Program-made: the position numbers and the translations under genes | In this document: one piece after another, positions 8,284-17,013 of the stretch | Layout of the letters: every line of letters starts with the position of its first letter | Numbering within the stretch: the stretch's first letter is position 1 | From: Tubiluchus corallicola | Taxonomy: Eukaryota > Animalia > Priapulida | Assembly (NCBI GenBank): GCA_030141605.1 | Contig: JAQGDQ010002497.1 | Span: forward strand, 1-17,773 | DNA length: 17,773 nt | Direction of reading: 5' to 3' | The notes under the pieces: model-generated | The model's input: the letters and a program-made list of their open reading frames with translations, nothing else | Database searches by the model: none | What the model was told of the DNA's origin: nothing

Positions 8284-10250
8284 CTTTTGAAGAATATCTC
8301 AATCTAGTTGACCAATTGAATTACCACGGGGAGAAGTACTATAAAGATGCTGACCCTGTGATTTCAGACTCTGAGTATGATGATCTTTATAGGCAGCTTC
8401 TTGAGTATGAACGCCTTCATCCAGAAAGTATAGCGCCTAACTCTCCATCTTTGCGTGTCGGTGCCGGTGGAGATTCCTCTATTCAGGAGAAGATTCCCCA
8501 CAGTGTCCCGATGCTTTCGCTCGATAACGCTTACAACGAAAGGGAGATGGAAGCATTTTTCTTAAGGGCGGTTTTTCGAATGTTGACGTTTACGGTGGAG
8601 GAGAAGGTCGATGGAGCTGCGTGCGTCTTGACTTATGAGGATGGCGTCCTCGTTCGCGCTGCCACAAGGGGTGATGGGCATTACGGGGAAGATGTTACAT
8701 CAAATGTTGCGTTGATAGAGAATTTCCCGAAGAAAATTCCCGTAAAAAATGACTTTGCAGTGACGGGAGAGATATATATGCCCAAAGAGCGATTCCAAAA
8801 TATCAATTCTGAAAGAGCTGCCCGCAACGAACCACTTTTTGCCAATCCTAGAAATGCCGCTGCCGGCTCTCTCAAGATATTGGATAAAGAGGTTTTTGCA
8901 AGTCGTGGTCTTTTTTTTATGGCCCACGGTGTTGCTGTTGGAAGGTCGTGCGAAAATCATTCTGAAGATATGAAGTTGCTCAAGAGATACGGCTTTCAGG
9001 TGAGTAAAAGATTGACTGCATACAAATCGTTAAATAGCGTCATGAAAGCTGTCGCGACTATCGAATCTATGAGGGACGAATACCCCTACGCAATAGATGG
9101 TGCGGTTATTAAGGCAGATTCCTATGCCTGGCAAGAAAGGCTTGGCAGCACAATAAAAGCTCCCAAGTGGGCACTAGCCTACAAATATCCTGCTGCACAA
9201 GCTACTACAGTGCTCGAAGATGTTGTATTCCAGGTGGGAAGAACTGGAGCTATTACTCCTGTTGCCATTTTAACGCCTGTTGAGATTGACGGAAGTGTTG
9301 TTTCACGAGCTAGCCTGCATAACGAAGACGAAATTAGCCGTCTTGGGGTAATGATTGGTGATACAGTGTTCATAGAAAAGGGTGGAGATATCATCCCTAA
9401 GATTGTTAAGCTCGTAGAAGATAAGCGCGGGGAAGAGGTGACAAAAATAGTGTTTCCTTCAAACTGCCCCTCTTGCGGCAGCGCATTGGTACGTGGCGAA
9501 CTGGATGCAAAGTATATGTGCCTCGACACATCTTGTCCTGCAAAAGTCAAGAGAGCGATTGAGCATTTTTGTGGCAAAAATGCCATGGATATTGGTGGGT
9601 TTGGCGCAGCTGTTGTAGATATGCTTGTGGATGAAGGCAAAATTTGTAATGTGGCGGATATATACGAGTTAAAGGTGGAGGATTTTTTGCATCGAGAAGA
9701 TTGGGGAGAGGTTTCAGCCAACAAAATCATAGAATCTATCTCGTCGAGTAAAAGCAAAAGTTTTGACAAAGTCCTTTATGGATTGGGATTTCGCCATGTG
9801 GGAATTCAGACCGCCCTTGTATTGGCCAGTGAATTTGGCAGCATTGATAGACTGATTGATGCGTCTGTTGAAAACCTAAAGGATGTTAAAGATGTGGGCG
9901 AAATTGCGGCAAAGTCGCTGCGTGCGGCTTTAGATCGTGAGGATGCCTTAAAAGTTATTCGAAGGCTGAAGGACGCTGGATTAAGTTTTGACATGAAAGA
10001 GGTAGATGGGGCTGGAAATCTTTTCGGCACAAACTTCTCTATTACCGGAACGCTTAGCCGCCCTAGAAAGATCTTTGAAGAGATGATAACCGACAATGGC
10101 GGCAGGATATCGCCTGGTGTTAACAACAGCTTGAACTATCTCGTCGTGGGAGAGAAACCGAGCGACAGTAAAGTCAATAAAGCCCGGGAAAAAAGTATTG
10201 CCATAATCGGTGAAGACGAACTGATGAAGATGATGGATATATCTGATTAA
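8280..10250 (+). CDS. ligA: NAD-dependent DNA ligase
   Basis: ISDSEYD, MLSLDN, EEKVDG (KxDG), TRGDGHYGEDVT, FANPRNAAAGSL, QVGRTG, zinc finger CPSC...C...C, HhH motifs and C-terminal BRCT domain. Confidence 0.97.
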   Translation: MTFEEYLNLVDQLNYHGEKYYKDADPVISDSEYDDLYRQLLEYERLHPESIAPNSPSLRVGAGGDSSIQEKIPHSVPMLSLDNAYNEREMEAFFLRAVFRMLTFTVEEKVDGAACVLTYEDGVLVRAATRGDGHYGEDVTSNVALIENFPKKIPVKNDFAVTGEIYMPKERFQNINSERAARNEPLFANPRNAAAGSLKILDKEVFASRGLFFMAHGVAVGRSCENHSEDMKLLKRYGFQVSKRLTAYKSLNSVMKAVATIESMRDEYPYAIDGAVIKADSYAWQERLGSTIKAPKWALAYKYPAAQATTVLEDVVFQVGRTGAITPVAILTPVEIDGSVVSRASLHNEDEISRLGVMIGDTVFIEKGGDIIPKIVKLVEDKRGEEVTKIVFPSNCPSCGSALVRGELDAKYMCLDTSCPAKVKRAIEHFCGKNAMDIGGFGAAVVDMLVDEGKICNVADIYELKVEDFLHREDWGEVSANKIIESISSSKSKSFDKVLYGLGFRHVGIQTALVLASEFGSIDRLIDASVENLKDVKDVGEIAAKSLRAALDREDALKVIRRLKDAGLSFDMKEVDGAGNLFGTNFSITGTLSRPRKIFEEMITDNGGRISPGVNNSLNYLVVGEKPSDSKVNKAREKSIAIIGEDELMKMMDISD

Positions 10251-10254
10251 AAGA

Positions 10255-10290
10255 CGAAGAGACGCCTAAAATATTTGAGGCATCTCTTCG
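10255..10290 (-). terminator. Intrinsic terminator hairpin between convergent ligA and nagB-like genes (possibly bidirectional)
   Basis: CGAAGAGACGCCT...AGGCATCTCTTCG, a 13-bp stem. The single mismatch is a G-U wobble on the - strand, where the stem is followed by UCUUUUAA. Confidence 0.75.
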
Positions 10291-10314
10291 GTGATACGCT
10301 TAAAAAATATACTT

Positions 10315-11049
10315 TTACAAACTCAAAAATTTGTTTGCTGATTTCACATCCAGAAATAGTGACCAGTTTTTGTGTTTTTTCAGGATAGTTGATGGGTAGT
10401 TGTTGTTTACCTGGTGCTTAAAGGTGTTGGCTACGGCAATAGCTTTTGATTCGTGCGGAACGCACGAAATGATGACGTTGGAGTTCATGATTTCGTGAAC
10501 AGTCATGGAGATAGCCTCCTCAGGCACGCTTTCAATGTCCTGGAACCACCCTTCCCGAACTTGCTGAAGCTTGCACTGCTCATCCAGTGCGACCCTGATA
10601 AATGATGCTTTTGTATCAAAGTCCGCTGGAGGGTCATTAAACGCCACATGCGCATTCTCCCCTATTCCGATCAGTGCCACATCGACGGGTGCTTTTTTTA
10701 TCTCTTCTGTCAACATCCTGATTACTCCCTCCACGTCGCCTTCGCCATCAACCATATACGCATTCTTAATGTTGACGTGATCCAAGAATCTTTCTTTAAG
10801 ATACTTTCTAAAGCTTGCTATGTGCGTTATAGGCAAATTAATGTATTCATCCAAGTGAAACATCTCGACTTTAGACCAATCCACATCCTCCTTGATCAGT
10901 TGGTTTATAGTCTCAAATTGTGAACTGCCAGTGGATAGTACAATCCGTGCGGAGCCTTTACTTTTTATTGCTGCGTTGATCTCTTTGCTAGCCAACTTAG
11001 CAGCGGCTTCTCCCAGTTTTTCAGGTGTTTCATTAACTGTTATATTCAT
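10315..11049 (-). CDS. nagB: Glucosamine-6-phosphate deaminase (NagB) family / sugar-phosphate isomerase-like protein
   Basis: LSTGSSQ phosphate loop, FHLDEY, GIGENAHVAFNDPP, QQVREGWF, VPEEAISMT and PSTILKKH. Confidence 0.8.
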   Translation of the reverse strand: MNITVNETPEKLGEAAAKLASKEINAAIKSKGSARIVLSTGSSQFETINQLIKEDVDWSKVEMFHLDEYINLPITHIASFRKYLKERFLDHVNIKNAYMVDGEGDVEGVIRMLTEEIKKAPVDVALIGIGENAHVAFNDPPADFDTKASFIRVALDEQCKLQQVREGWFQDIESVPEEAISMTVHEIMNSNVIISCVPHESKAIAVANTFKHQVNNNYPSTILKKHKNWSLFLDVKSANKFLSL

Positions 11050-11062
11050 TTTTTCTCCTTTT

Positions 11063-12358
11063 TTAGTTTATAACCAAGCTAGGTAACCACATTGTGATAG
11101 CAGGAACATACGTTACTATCAACAGTAAAATTACCATGGCCACATAAAATGGCACAAAAACTTTTAATGTTTTTTCTATCGGTATTCCTCCGATGGCGCA
11201 GCCTACGAATAGGGATGTCCCCACCGGGGGTGTACAGAGACCCAGTCCCAAATTCATCATCATTATTATCCCAAAGTGAATGGGAGAGTATCCTATCTCT
11301 GTGACCACAGGCAGGAGTATCGGCGCAAGTAGCAGTATAGCTATGCCCATATCCATGAACATTCCCACACCCAACAACATTACGTTGATCAGCAACATTA
11401 TGACAATGGGGCTGCTTGAAATGTCCAGGAAGAAATCTGCTACCATCGTGGGGACTTTCAGGTAAGCCAGCAAAAATCCGAAGGCAGAAGATGCGGCGAT
11501 AACGGCTGTGATTACTGCCAGTGTTCTTACGGAACCTTTGAGTATATTGACGAGTTTGGTAAAGTTCATTTCTCTATAGACGAGAACTGTTATTATCAGG
11601 GAATATATAGCTGCAACTGCTGCAGACTCTGTTGCGGTGAACACTCCTGCCACAACGCCGCCGATTATGATAACTACGGATATTAGTCCCAAAATTGCGT
11701 TTCTGGCTATGATGAGGCTATCTTTTAATGTATATTTTTTTCCTTTAGGGTACTTGCGTTTTACGGCTATGAAGTAAGACACCATCATCAGTGTTGCCCC
11801 AAGCATTATTCCTGGTATGTAGCCCGCCAGGAAGAGTTGTGCTATTGATATCCCTCCTGCTGCCAGCGAGTAGTATATCATGTTTTGGCTTGGAGGGATT
11901 ATGACTCCTTGCACGGATGAGGTTACTGTTACTATTACAGAGTAGTCGTCATCGTACCCTTCCTTCACCATTGCGGGGATAAGGAAAGATCCCACGGAAG
12001 AAACATCCGCCACAGAAGAGCCCGAAATTCCTCCAAAAAACATGCTTGTGAGGATATTGACCATGGCTGTTCCTCCGCGGATTCTACCCACGAGTGTGCC
12101 TGCAAATTGCATCAGTCTATCGCTGATGCCTCCGGCGGTCATGATCTGTGCTCCAACGATAAAGAATGGTACAGCCAGAAATGTGAAGCTGTTGAGTCCG
12201 TTTACCATTTTTTGAAACAACACCTTAGTGGGGATGCCCAAATAAAATGCAGTCAGCACGGAGCTAAACGCCAAAGCAAACGCAATAGGCACTCTCAAGA
12301 ACATCATCACAAAGAATGACCCGAGCAATATAAGCAACGCTATTGTGTTAACATCCAT
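11063..12358 (-). CDS. dctM: TRAP transporter large permease subunit
   Basis: VPIAFAL, FLAVPFF, FFGGISGSSVAD, IIPPS, GVFTATESA, PIHFGII and GLCTPPVG. Highly hydrophobic, 431 aa. Confidence 0.95.
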   Translation of the reverse strand: MDVNTIALLILLGSFFVMMFLRVPIAFALAFSSVLTAFYLGIPTKVLFQKMVNGLNSFTFLAVPFFIVGAQIMTAGGISDRLMQFAGTLVGRIRGGTAMVNILTSMFFGGISGSSVADVSSVGSFLIPAMVKEGYDDDYSVIVTVTSSVQGVIIPPSQNMIYYSLAAGGISIAQLFLAGYIPGIMLGATLMMVSYFIAVKRKYPKGKKYTLKDSLIIARNAILGLISVVIIIGGVVAGVFTATESAAVAAIYSLIITVLVYREMNFTKLVNILKGSVRTLAVITAVIAASSAFGFLLAYLKVPTMVADFFLDISSSPIVIMLLINVMLLGVGMFMDMGIAILLLAPILLPVVTEIGYSPIHFGIIMMMNLGLGLCTPPVGTSLFVGCAIGGIPIEKTLKVFVPFYVAMVILLLIVTYVPAITMWLPSLVIN

Positions 12359-12361
12359 GAT

Positions 12362-12856
12362 TCAAGGCTTCCTTTTTATTTCTTCAATTTTTCTTCTAAA
12401 AAGATTCAAGAAATATTCTGTGCAGTACAGGGCTATCAGCGCCCCAGAGACGATCAATGCCAAATAGAAGATGCTCCTATTCAGCCCTGTTGCTGGCAGG
12501 GTCTGAAATTTTGCCACTTTTATGATTGCCATCCCTTGTACAATCATCATCAAGGAGAAGATTACGAGCAGCACTTGATAAAAGATATCCAAAGCTGTGC
12601 GATACTTTTTTCTAAATTTGTCGTAAAAGTAGCCGATTGCAATATGCTTGTCTTCCCTCACACCCAAGGCTATGCCCAAAAACCCGAACCAAATTAGCAG
12701 CACAATGGAGAGCTCCTCCGACCAAGAAGTTGGACTGTTTAAAACAAATCTCAAAAACACCTGGGTGGATATGATTGTGAGCATCAGAATCAACAGCACA
12801 ATTGTGATCACCTCAATTGCTTTTGATATAAGATCAAAAAAGAAACGCATCTTCAT
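12362..12856 (-). CDS. dctQ: TRAP transporter small permease subunit
   Basis: QVFLRFVLN...WSEEL...IWFGFLG...HI, about 4 TM segments. SD AGGAG lies 9 nt before ATG 12856. Confidence 0.93.
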   Translation of the reverse strand: MKMRFFFDLISKAIEVITIVLLILMLTIISTQVFLRFVLNSPTSWSEELSIVLLIWFGFLGIALGVREDKHIAIGYFYDKFRKKYRTALDIFYQVLLVIFSLMMIVQGMAIIKVAKFQTLPATGLNRSIFYLALIVSGALIALYCTEYFLNLFRRKIEEIKRKP

Positions 12857-12899
12857 AGGCAATTACTCCTTAAACTTCGAACAAAAACAGATTTGCAGC

Positions 12900-13883
12900 T
12901 TAAAGCTCCCTTATCCTTCTTATAACATCTTCGTATTGTGGATAGTCGTCATATATGCTCTTTGTAGCTTCCTGAAAAGCATTTACGTCAACTTCAACAA
13001 TAATAGAACCTGCAGCCACAACCTTTTTTTCTGATACCTTTTGCATATCGTTCATAGCTTTTCTTTCATACTCTGTAGCCTTTTTTGCTGCAACTTTTAT
13101 AGCTTCTTGCTGTTTTGGCGTTAGCGCATCATACTTCTCTTTTGACATGATGATTACAGCAGGCGGAGAGAGATGTCCGTCCAATACGTATGTTTTAGCA
13201 ACTTCATAGTGGCTTGACGTATCATAACTGACAAAGTCATTTTCTGCGCCGTCTATTACGCCGGTTTGAAGAGCGCTATATACTTCGCCGTAGTTCATAG
13301 GAGTGGGGACAGCGCCTAGAAGACGAACCATCTTTATCGCAACTTCAGAAGGCTGTACCCGTATCTTTAGCCCCTTTAGGTCTTCAATGGTTTTCACAGG
13401 TTTTGTGGTATAAAAATTTCTCGTGCCCGCTTCCAAATACCCGAAGCTTACAAGCCCATACTTTTCGAATGAATCGAGAACTTCATTGCCTATTTCACCG
13501 TCCAACACCCTATATTTGTGATCGTTGTCGTCAAATATGTAAGGCAAGGTGAACACCCCAATTTCACTGATGGTTTGAGCTAGCGTGACGGAATTGACCC
13601 TTGCAAATTCGATGACACCCATCTGGACCTGTTCTATATTCTCCGTTTCTTGTCCTAACTGTGCGCTATGGTATACGTCTATCTTTATTTCACCATCAGT
13701 GCCTTCCTCTACCAGTTCAGCAAACATTTCCATAGCCTTAGTCACAGGATTGCTCGGTGGTTGATTTTCCGACAATTTAAAGGTCTGCTGAGCTGAACTA
13801 TCCTTTTTTTGACATGAAAATATAAATGGTGACATTAACAGAATAAGCACAATCACTGAGTATGCTCTGAAATAATTTTTCAT
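12900..13883 (-). CDS. dctP: TRAP transporter substrate-binding protein (DctP family), probable lipoprotein
   Basis: SD GGGAGG precedes ATG 13883. Signal peptide ends ...FIFS-C. Motifs LKGLKIRVQ (conserved carboxylate-binding Arg) and GEVYSALQTGVIDGAEN. Confidence 0.95.
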   Translation of the reverse strand: MKNYFRAYSVIVLILLMSPFIFSCQKKDSSAQQTFKLSENQPPSNPVTKAMEMFAELVEEGTDGEIKIDVYHSAQLGQETENIEQVQMGVIEFARVNSVTLAQTISEIGVFTLPYIFDDNDHKYRVLDGEIGNEVLDSFEKYGLVSFGYLEAGTRNFYTTKPVKTIEDLKGLKIRVQPSEVAIKMVRLLGAVPTPMNYGEVYSALQTGVIDGAENDFVSYDTSSHYEVAKTYVLDGHLSPPAVIIMSKEKYDALTPKQQEAIKVAAKKATEYERKAMNDMQKVSEKKVVAAGSIIVEVDVNAFQEATKSIYDDYPQYEDVIRRIREL

Positions 13884-13903
13884 AAAAATACCTCCCTGTT
13901 GTG

Positions 13904-13932
13904 TTGTATTTTTTTGTATACAATGGTATACT
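13904..13932 (+). promoter_or_regulatory. sigma70-type promoter of gntR with extended -10
   Basis: TTGTAT (13904-13909), 17-nt spacer, TG-g-TATACT (-10 hexamer at 13927-13932). Confidence 0.6.
13914..13931. promoter_or_regulatory. Putative GntR-family operator
   Basis: Perfect palindrome TTGTATACAA (13914-13923) plus a second GTATAC 10 bp downstream. Same core as the Bacillus subtilis GntR operator. Lies next to a GntR gene. Confidence 0.65.
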
Positions 13933-13944
13933 GAAACTGCGTAA

Positions 13945-13973
13945 AGTATATTATTGTTTTGGGAATGAGTCAA
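13945..13973 (-). promoter_or_regulatory. sigma70-type promoter of the dctPQM-nagB operon
   Basis: - strand TTGACT (13973-13968), 17-nt spacer, TATACT (13950-13945). Confidence 0.75.
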
Positions 13974-14034
13974 TAGAGTAATTTATGCGCTGCTAAATAA
14001 TTTTGCAGGTACTTGGAGGGGAAGCAGAAGTTTT

Positions 14035-14658
14035 ATGCAACACAATTTTAATTTGAAGGAAATGGTTTATGAGGTGATCAAACGTGATATAATTTGCGGG
14101 AAATTGGCTCCTGGGGCTCATTTTACCGAGAAGGAGATTACCGATTTTCTTGATGTGAGCCGTACTCCCGTGCGGGAGGCAATAAGCCGTTTGGAGCAGG
14201 AGAAGTGGGTGCGAATAGTTCCTCATAAAGGCGTTTTGGTTCATGAGTTTAGTTTAAAATATGTCAATGACGTATTTCAGGTGAGAGAGTATCTGGAGCC
14301 GTGCATATTAGATATGTCCATTCACAAGATGTCTTTTTTTGAGTTGGAGTCGTTTAGGTTAAAATTTTTAGAGATAGAGAAGTATTCAGAATGGGAGGCA
14401 GATGAGATCGATCGTCTATTTCACGGCTTTATCTTAAACTCCACAAACAATCCGTATCTCATCAACACCTTTGAAAACATATACGAACACACCATGAGGA
14501 TAAGAAATCTCTCAAAAAAGAAGGAAAGTAGAAAGGAAGAGGCAAAAAAAGAACATCTTGAGTTAATTGATCACTTGGTTGCAAAGGATCTACCAAAGGC
14601 GAAGGAGTGCTTATTGCAACACATTAGAAATTCCTGCTCAACCTTTTTAAATGTTTAG
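14035..14658 (+). CDS. GntR family transcriptional regulator (wHTH + FCD domain)
   Basis: IICGKLAPG...EKEITDFLDVSRTPVREAISRLEQE wHTH. FCD motifs VREYLE, DRLFH, NPYL, EHLELIDHL and HIRNS. Divergent from dctP. Confidence 0.93.
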   Translation: MQHNFNLKEMVYEVIKRDIICGKLAPGAHFTEKEITDFLDVSRTPVREAISRLEQEKWVRIVPHKGVLVHEFSLKYVNDVFQVREYLEPCILDMSIHKMSFFELESFRLKFLEIEKYSEWEADEIDRLFHGFILNSTNNPYLINTFENIYEHTMRIRNLSKKKESRKEEAKKEHLELIDHLVAKDLPKAKECLLQHIRNSCSTFLNV

Positions 14659-14879
14659 AGGAATATATTTTTGTAGCAATATATTTTTTACTTGGGTATA
14701 ATGGGCCAAGCGTGTGGGAGATTATTTGATCTTGATAGGGGTTGTTTTCTCTGTGTAGGTGATCGTTCTGTCTTTGATTTGGCTGTCTTCCAGGGGAAGG
14801 TGTGATTTCTTAGGCGCTTGTTTGTTGCTGTGTTCATTTCGTTTTTTGTGTTTTTTTTCATATTGTCAGAGTATTTTAC

Positions 14880-14909
14880 TTGACAATACTGTGTTCGAGG
14901 TAATATAAG
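14880..14909 (+). promoter_or_regulatory. Probable sigma70 promoter of rho
   Basis: Perfect TTGACA (14880-14885) followed by TAATATAAG (14901-14909). Spacing to the best -10 hexamer is 15 or 18 nt, so it is not ideal. Confidence 0.45.
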
Positions 14910-15135
14910 CTTTTTTCGGTTTTAATCTTAATTTGTGCAGCTACGCACCTTTTTGTAGTCCCCTGTTTCTTCATAAATCTTCAGAGAGTGGAGCCGTTTG
15001 TGACTGTTGTTGGTGGATGTCCCTGGGAAGTTAATGTAATCGTTTGTCAATTATAAATTAGCCGGTTTGTTTATTGATTTGATATGTGTGTATCGTGAAT
15101 TTGATGTATAAAATAAATTTAAAGAGGAAGTTGAC

Positions 15136-16377
15136 GTGAATCTAACGGAATTGAAGAAGAAGTCTATTGAGGAACTTGTAAAGATAGCGTCTGAATTGGA
15201 CATTGACAATGCAGACAGTTTGTTGAAGCAGGAGCTTATATTTGAAACGCTCAAGGCTACAAGCGCCAGGAATGGACAGATCTACGGTCAGGGTGTTCTT
15301 GAAGTGTTGCCTGATGGTTTTGGGTTTCTTCGCTCTACTCATTACAACTACTTGCCTGGACCTGACGACATATATGTTTCGCCTGCCCAGATACGCAAGT
15401 TTGCAATGAGAAATGGCGATACCATTGAGGGTGAGATTCGTCCGCCCAAGGACAATGAGAAGTATTTTGCCCTTTTGAAGGTCGAGCAGATCAATTTTGT
15501 TGCGCCGGCTCGTCAGCGGAATCTGTTTGAAAATCTCACCCCGCTATTTCCCGAAGAGAGGATAGAGCTTGAGGCATTTCCTGCTCAATATGACACTAGG
15601 ATAATGAATCTTATCGCTCCGGTAGGCAAGGGACAGAGGGGGCTTTTGGTCGCTCCTCCGAAGACTGGTAAGACCATGATTCTAAAATCTATTGCAAACA
15701 GCATCACCAAAAATCATCCAGAGGTGTATTTGATAATCTTGCTGATAGATGAGCGTCCTGAAGAGGTGACGGATATGGCGCGTTCCGTAAATGCAGAGGT
15801 TGTCAGCTCCACTTTTGACGAACCGGCTTTCAGGCACGTCCAAGTTGCTGAGATGGTTATGAGCAAGGCAAAGCGGCTTGTAGAGGGGAAACGCGATGTG
15901 TGTATCCTTCTTGACAGCATCACCCGCCTTGCAAGGGCTTACAACTCCATAGAGCCTTCCAGTGGTAAAGTATTGTCGGGAGGTGTGGATGCAAATGCGC
16001 TTCACAAGCCGAAGAGATTTTTTGGTGCCGCTAGAAACATAGAAGAGGGCGGTAGTCTAACCATAATCGCAACATCCCTCATAGATACGGGTAGCCGTAT
16101 GGACGAGGTTATCTTTGAGGAGTTCAAGGGTACCGGCAACATGGAGATGCATCTCAATCGTCAACTTGTCGAAAGACGTACTTTCCCCGCCGTAGATGTT
16201 AACAAGTCTGGCACAAGGCGTGAGGAGCTTCTTCTCACCAATGAGGAGCAGAACAAGGTATGGATACTGAGAAGGTTCCTTTCCAGTATGAATACTGTTG
16301 ACGCCATGGAGTTTGTGCTCGAAAAAATCAAGGGCACGAAGACAAACAAAGAGTTTCTCGACTCTATGAACAGATGA
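15136..16377 (+). CDS. rho: Transcription termination factor Rho
   Basis: [62 protein letters not shown] and [14 protein letters not shown] start after SD AGAGG. Confidence 0.98.
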   Translation: MNLTELKKKSIEELVKIASELDIDNADSLLKQELIFETLKATSARNGQIYGQGVLEVLPDGFGFLRSTHYNYLPGPDDIYVSPAQIRKFAMRNGDTIEGEIRPPKDNEKYFALLKVEQINFVAPARQRNLFENLTPLFPEERIELEAFPAQYDTRIMNLIAPVGKGQRGLLVAPPKTGKTMILKSIANSITKNHPEVYLIILLIDERPEEVTDMARSVNAEVVSSTFDEPAFRHVQVAEMVMSKAKRLVEGKRDVCILLDSITRLARAYNSIEPSSGKVLSGGVDANALHKPKRFFGAARNIEEGGSLTIIATSLIDTGSRMDEVIFEEFKGTGNMEMHLNRQLVERRTFPAVDVNKSGTRREELLLTNEEQNKVWILRRFLSSMNTVDAMEFVLEKIKGTKTNKEFLDSMNR

Positions 16378-16447
16378 AATAGGTGTTGCATAGTTTTTCT
16401 GTCTATGTTAATAAACGCCTTTTATTATAATGAACGAGGTATTTTTG

Positions 16448-16660
16448 ATGAAAGAAGGTATACACCCAAAATATACTGATACTACGATAAGGTGTGCTTG
16501 CGGTAGCGAAATTAAGACCCGTAGTACGAATCCTGGGAAGGCAAGTATTGCTATATGCTCTTCGTGCCACCCTTTTTACACTGGCAAGCAGAAGTTTGTA
16601 GACACTGCGGGACGCGTGGAGAAATTTATGCGTAAATACGGCAAATCAGGTGGCAAGTAG
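16448..16660 (+). CDS. rpmE: 50S ribosomal protein L31 (zinc-binding type)
   Basis: [13 protein letters not shown]...[30 protein letters not shown] upstream. Confidence 0.97.
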   Translation: MKEGIHPKYTDTTIRCACGSEIKTRSTNPGKASIAICSSCHPFYTGKQKFVDTAGRVEKFMRKYGKSGGK

Positions 16661-16743
16661 CAGTTTGCAGATCGGAAAGTTCCTGCGAATGTAGATCTCA
16701 GGCAGGCGTTTTGCCTCAAGGGGGCTGACCCTGAATTTTTCTT

Positions 16744-17013
16744 GTGGTGAAGAATTTGAATAATAGGGCGGAGCTGAAGGTAAGGCTTCTTCGCAGTACT
16801 GACCAGGCTGAATTGCTGGCGGCGTCAGCTGCAAGGCTTTGTTACAGCTCTTCGGACATAGATGATCTTTTTGACGCTCTGTCGAATTCTGAGCAGAGCG
16901 CTTTCATTGACAAGGTAGTTGAGGCGGGGCACCATTCTGTTTTGGAGCACGTGTCATTTAGCTTTGGCATAGAGGGAGTGTCAAGGGCTCTCACTCATCA
17001 GCTTGTGCGCCAT
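16744..17013 (+). CDS. thyX: FAD-dependent thymidylate synthase ThyX, 5' fragment (broken at the inversion junction)
   Basis: AASAARLCYS, GHHSVLEHVSFSFGIEGVSRALTHQLVRH. Homology stops at RH and the frame reaches a stop at 17025. Start codon uncertain. Confidence 0.92.

Noticed and set aside
8555-8600. Short-looking ligA segment (FLRAVFRMLTF) before the KxDG motif, possibly compensating indels
   Set aside because: The frame is intact and this region varies in length among ligases. It cannot be judged without an alignment or reads.
12900-13973. Longer 357-aa dctP call starting at TTG 13973
   Set aside because: That TTG is the -35 box of the promoter. ATG 13883 has an SD and begins the signal peptide.
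14662-14688. AATATATTTTT direct repeat / AT-only hairpin after gntR
   Set aside because: Too weak and low in complexity to call a terminator or binding site.
10301-14690. 11-bp inverted repeat TAAAAAATATA (10301-10311) / TATATTTTTTA (14680-14690) flanking the TRAP cassette, as possible transposon ends
   Set aside because: It is A/T-only, low-complexity sequence in AT-rich spacers, with no transposase or target-site duplication.
111-16391. Numerous short antisense or alternate-frame ORFs in the track (e.g. 454..846, 4741..5166, 7585..8148, 9179..9769, 12648..13034)
   Set aside because: They are shadows of well-supported genes on the other strand or frame and show no recognisable motifs.
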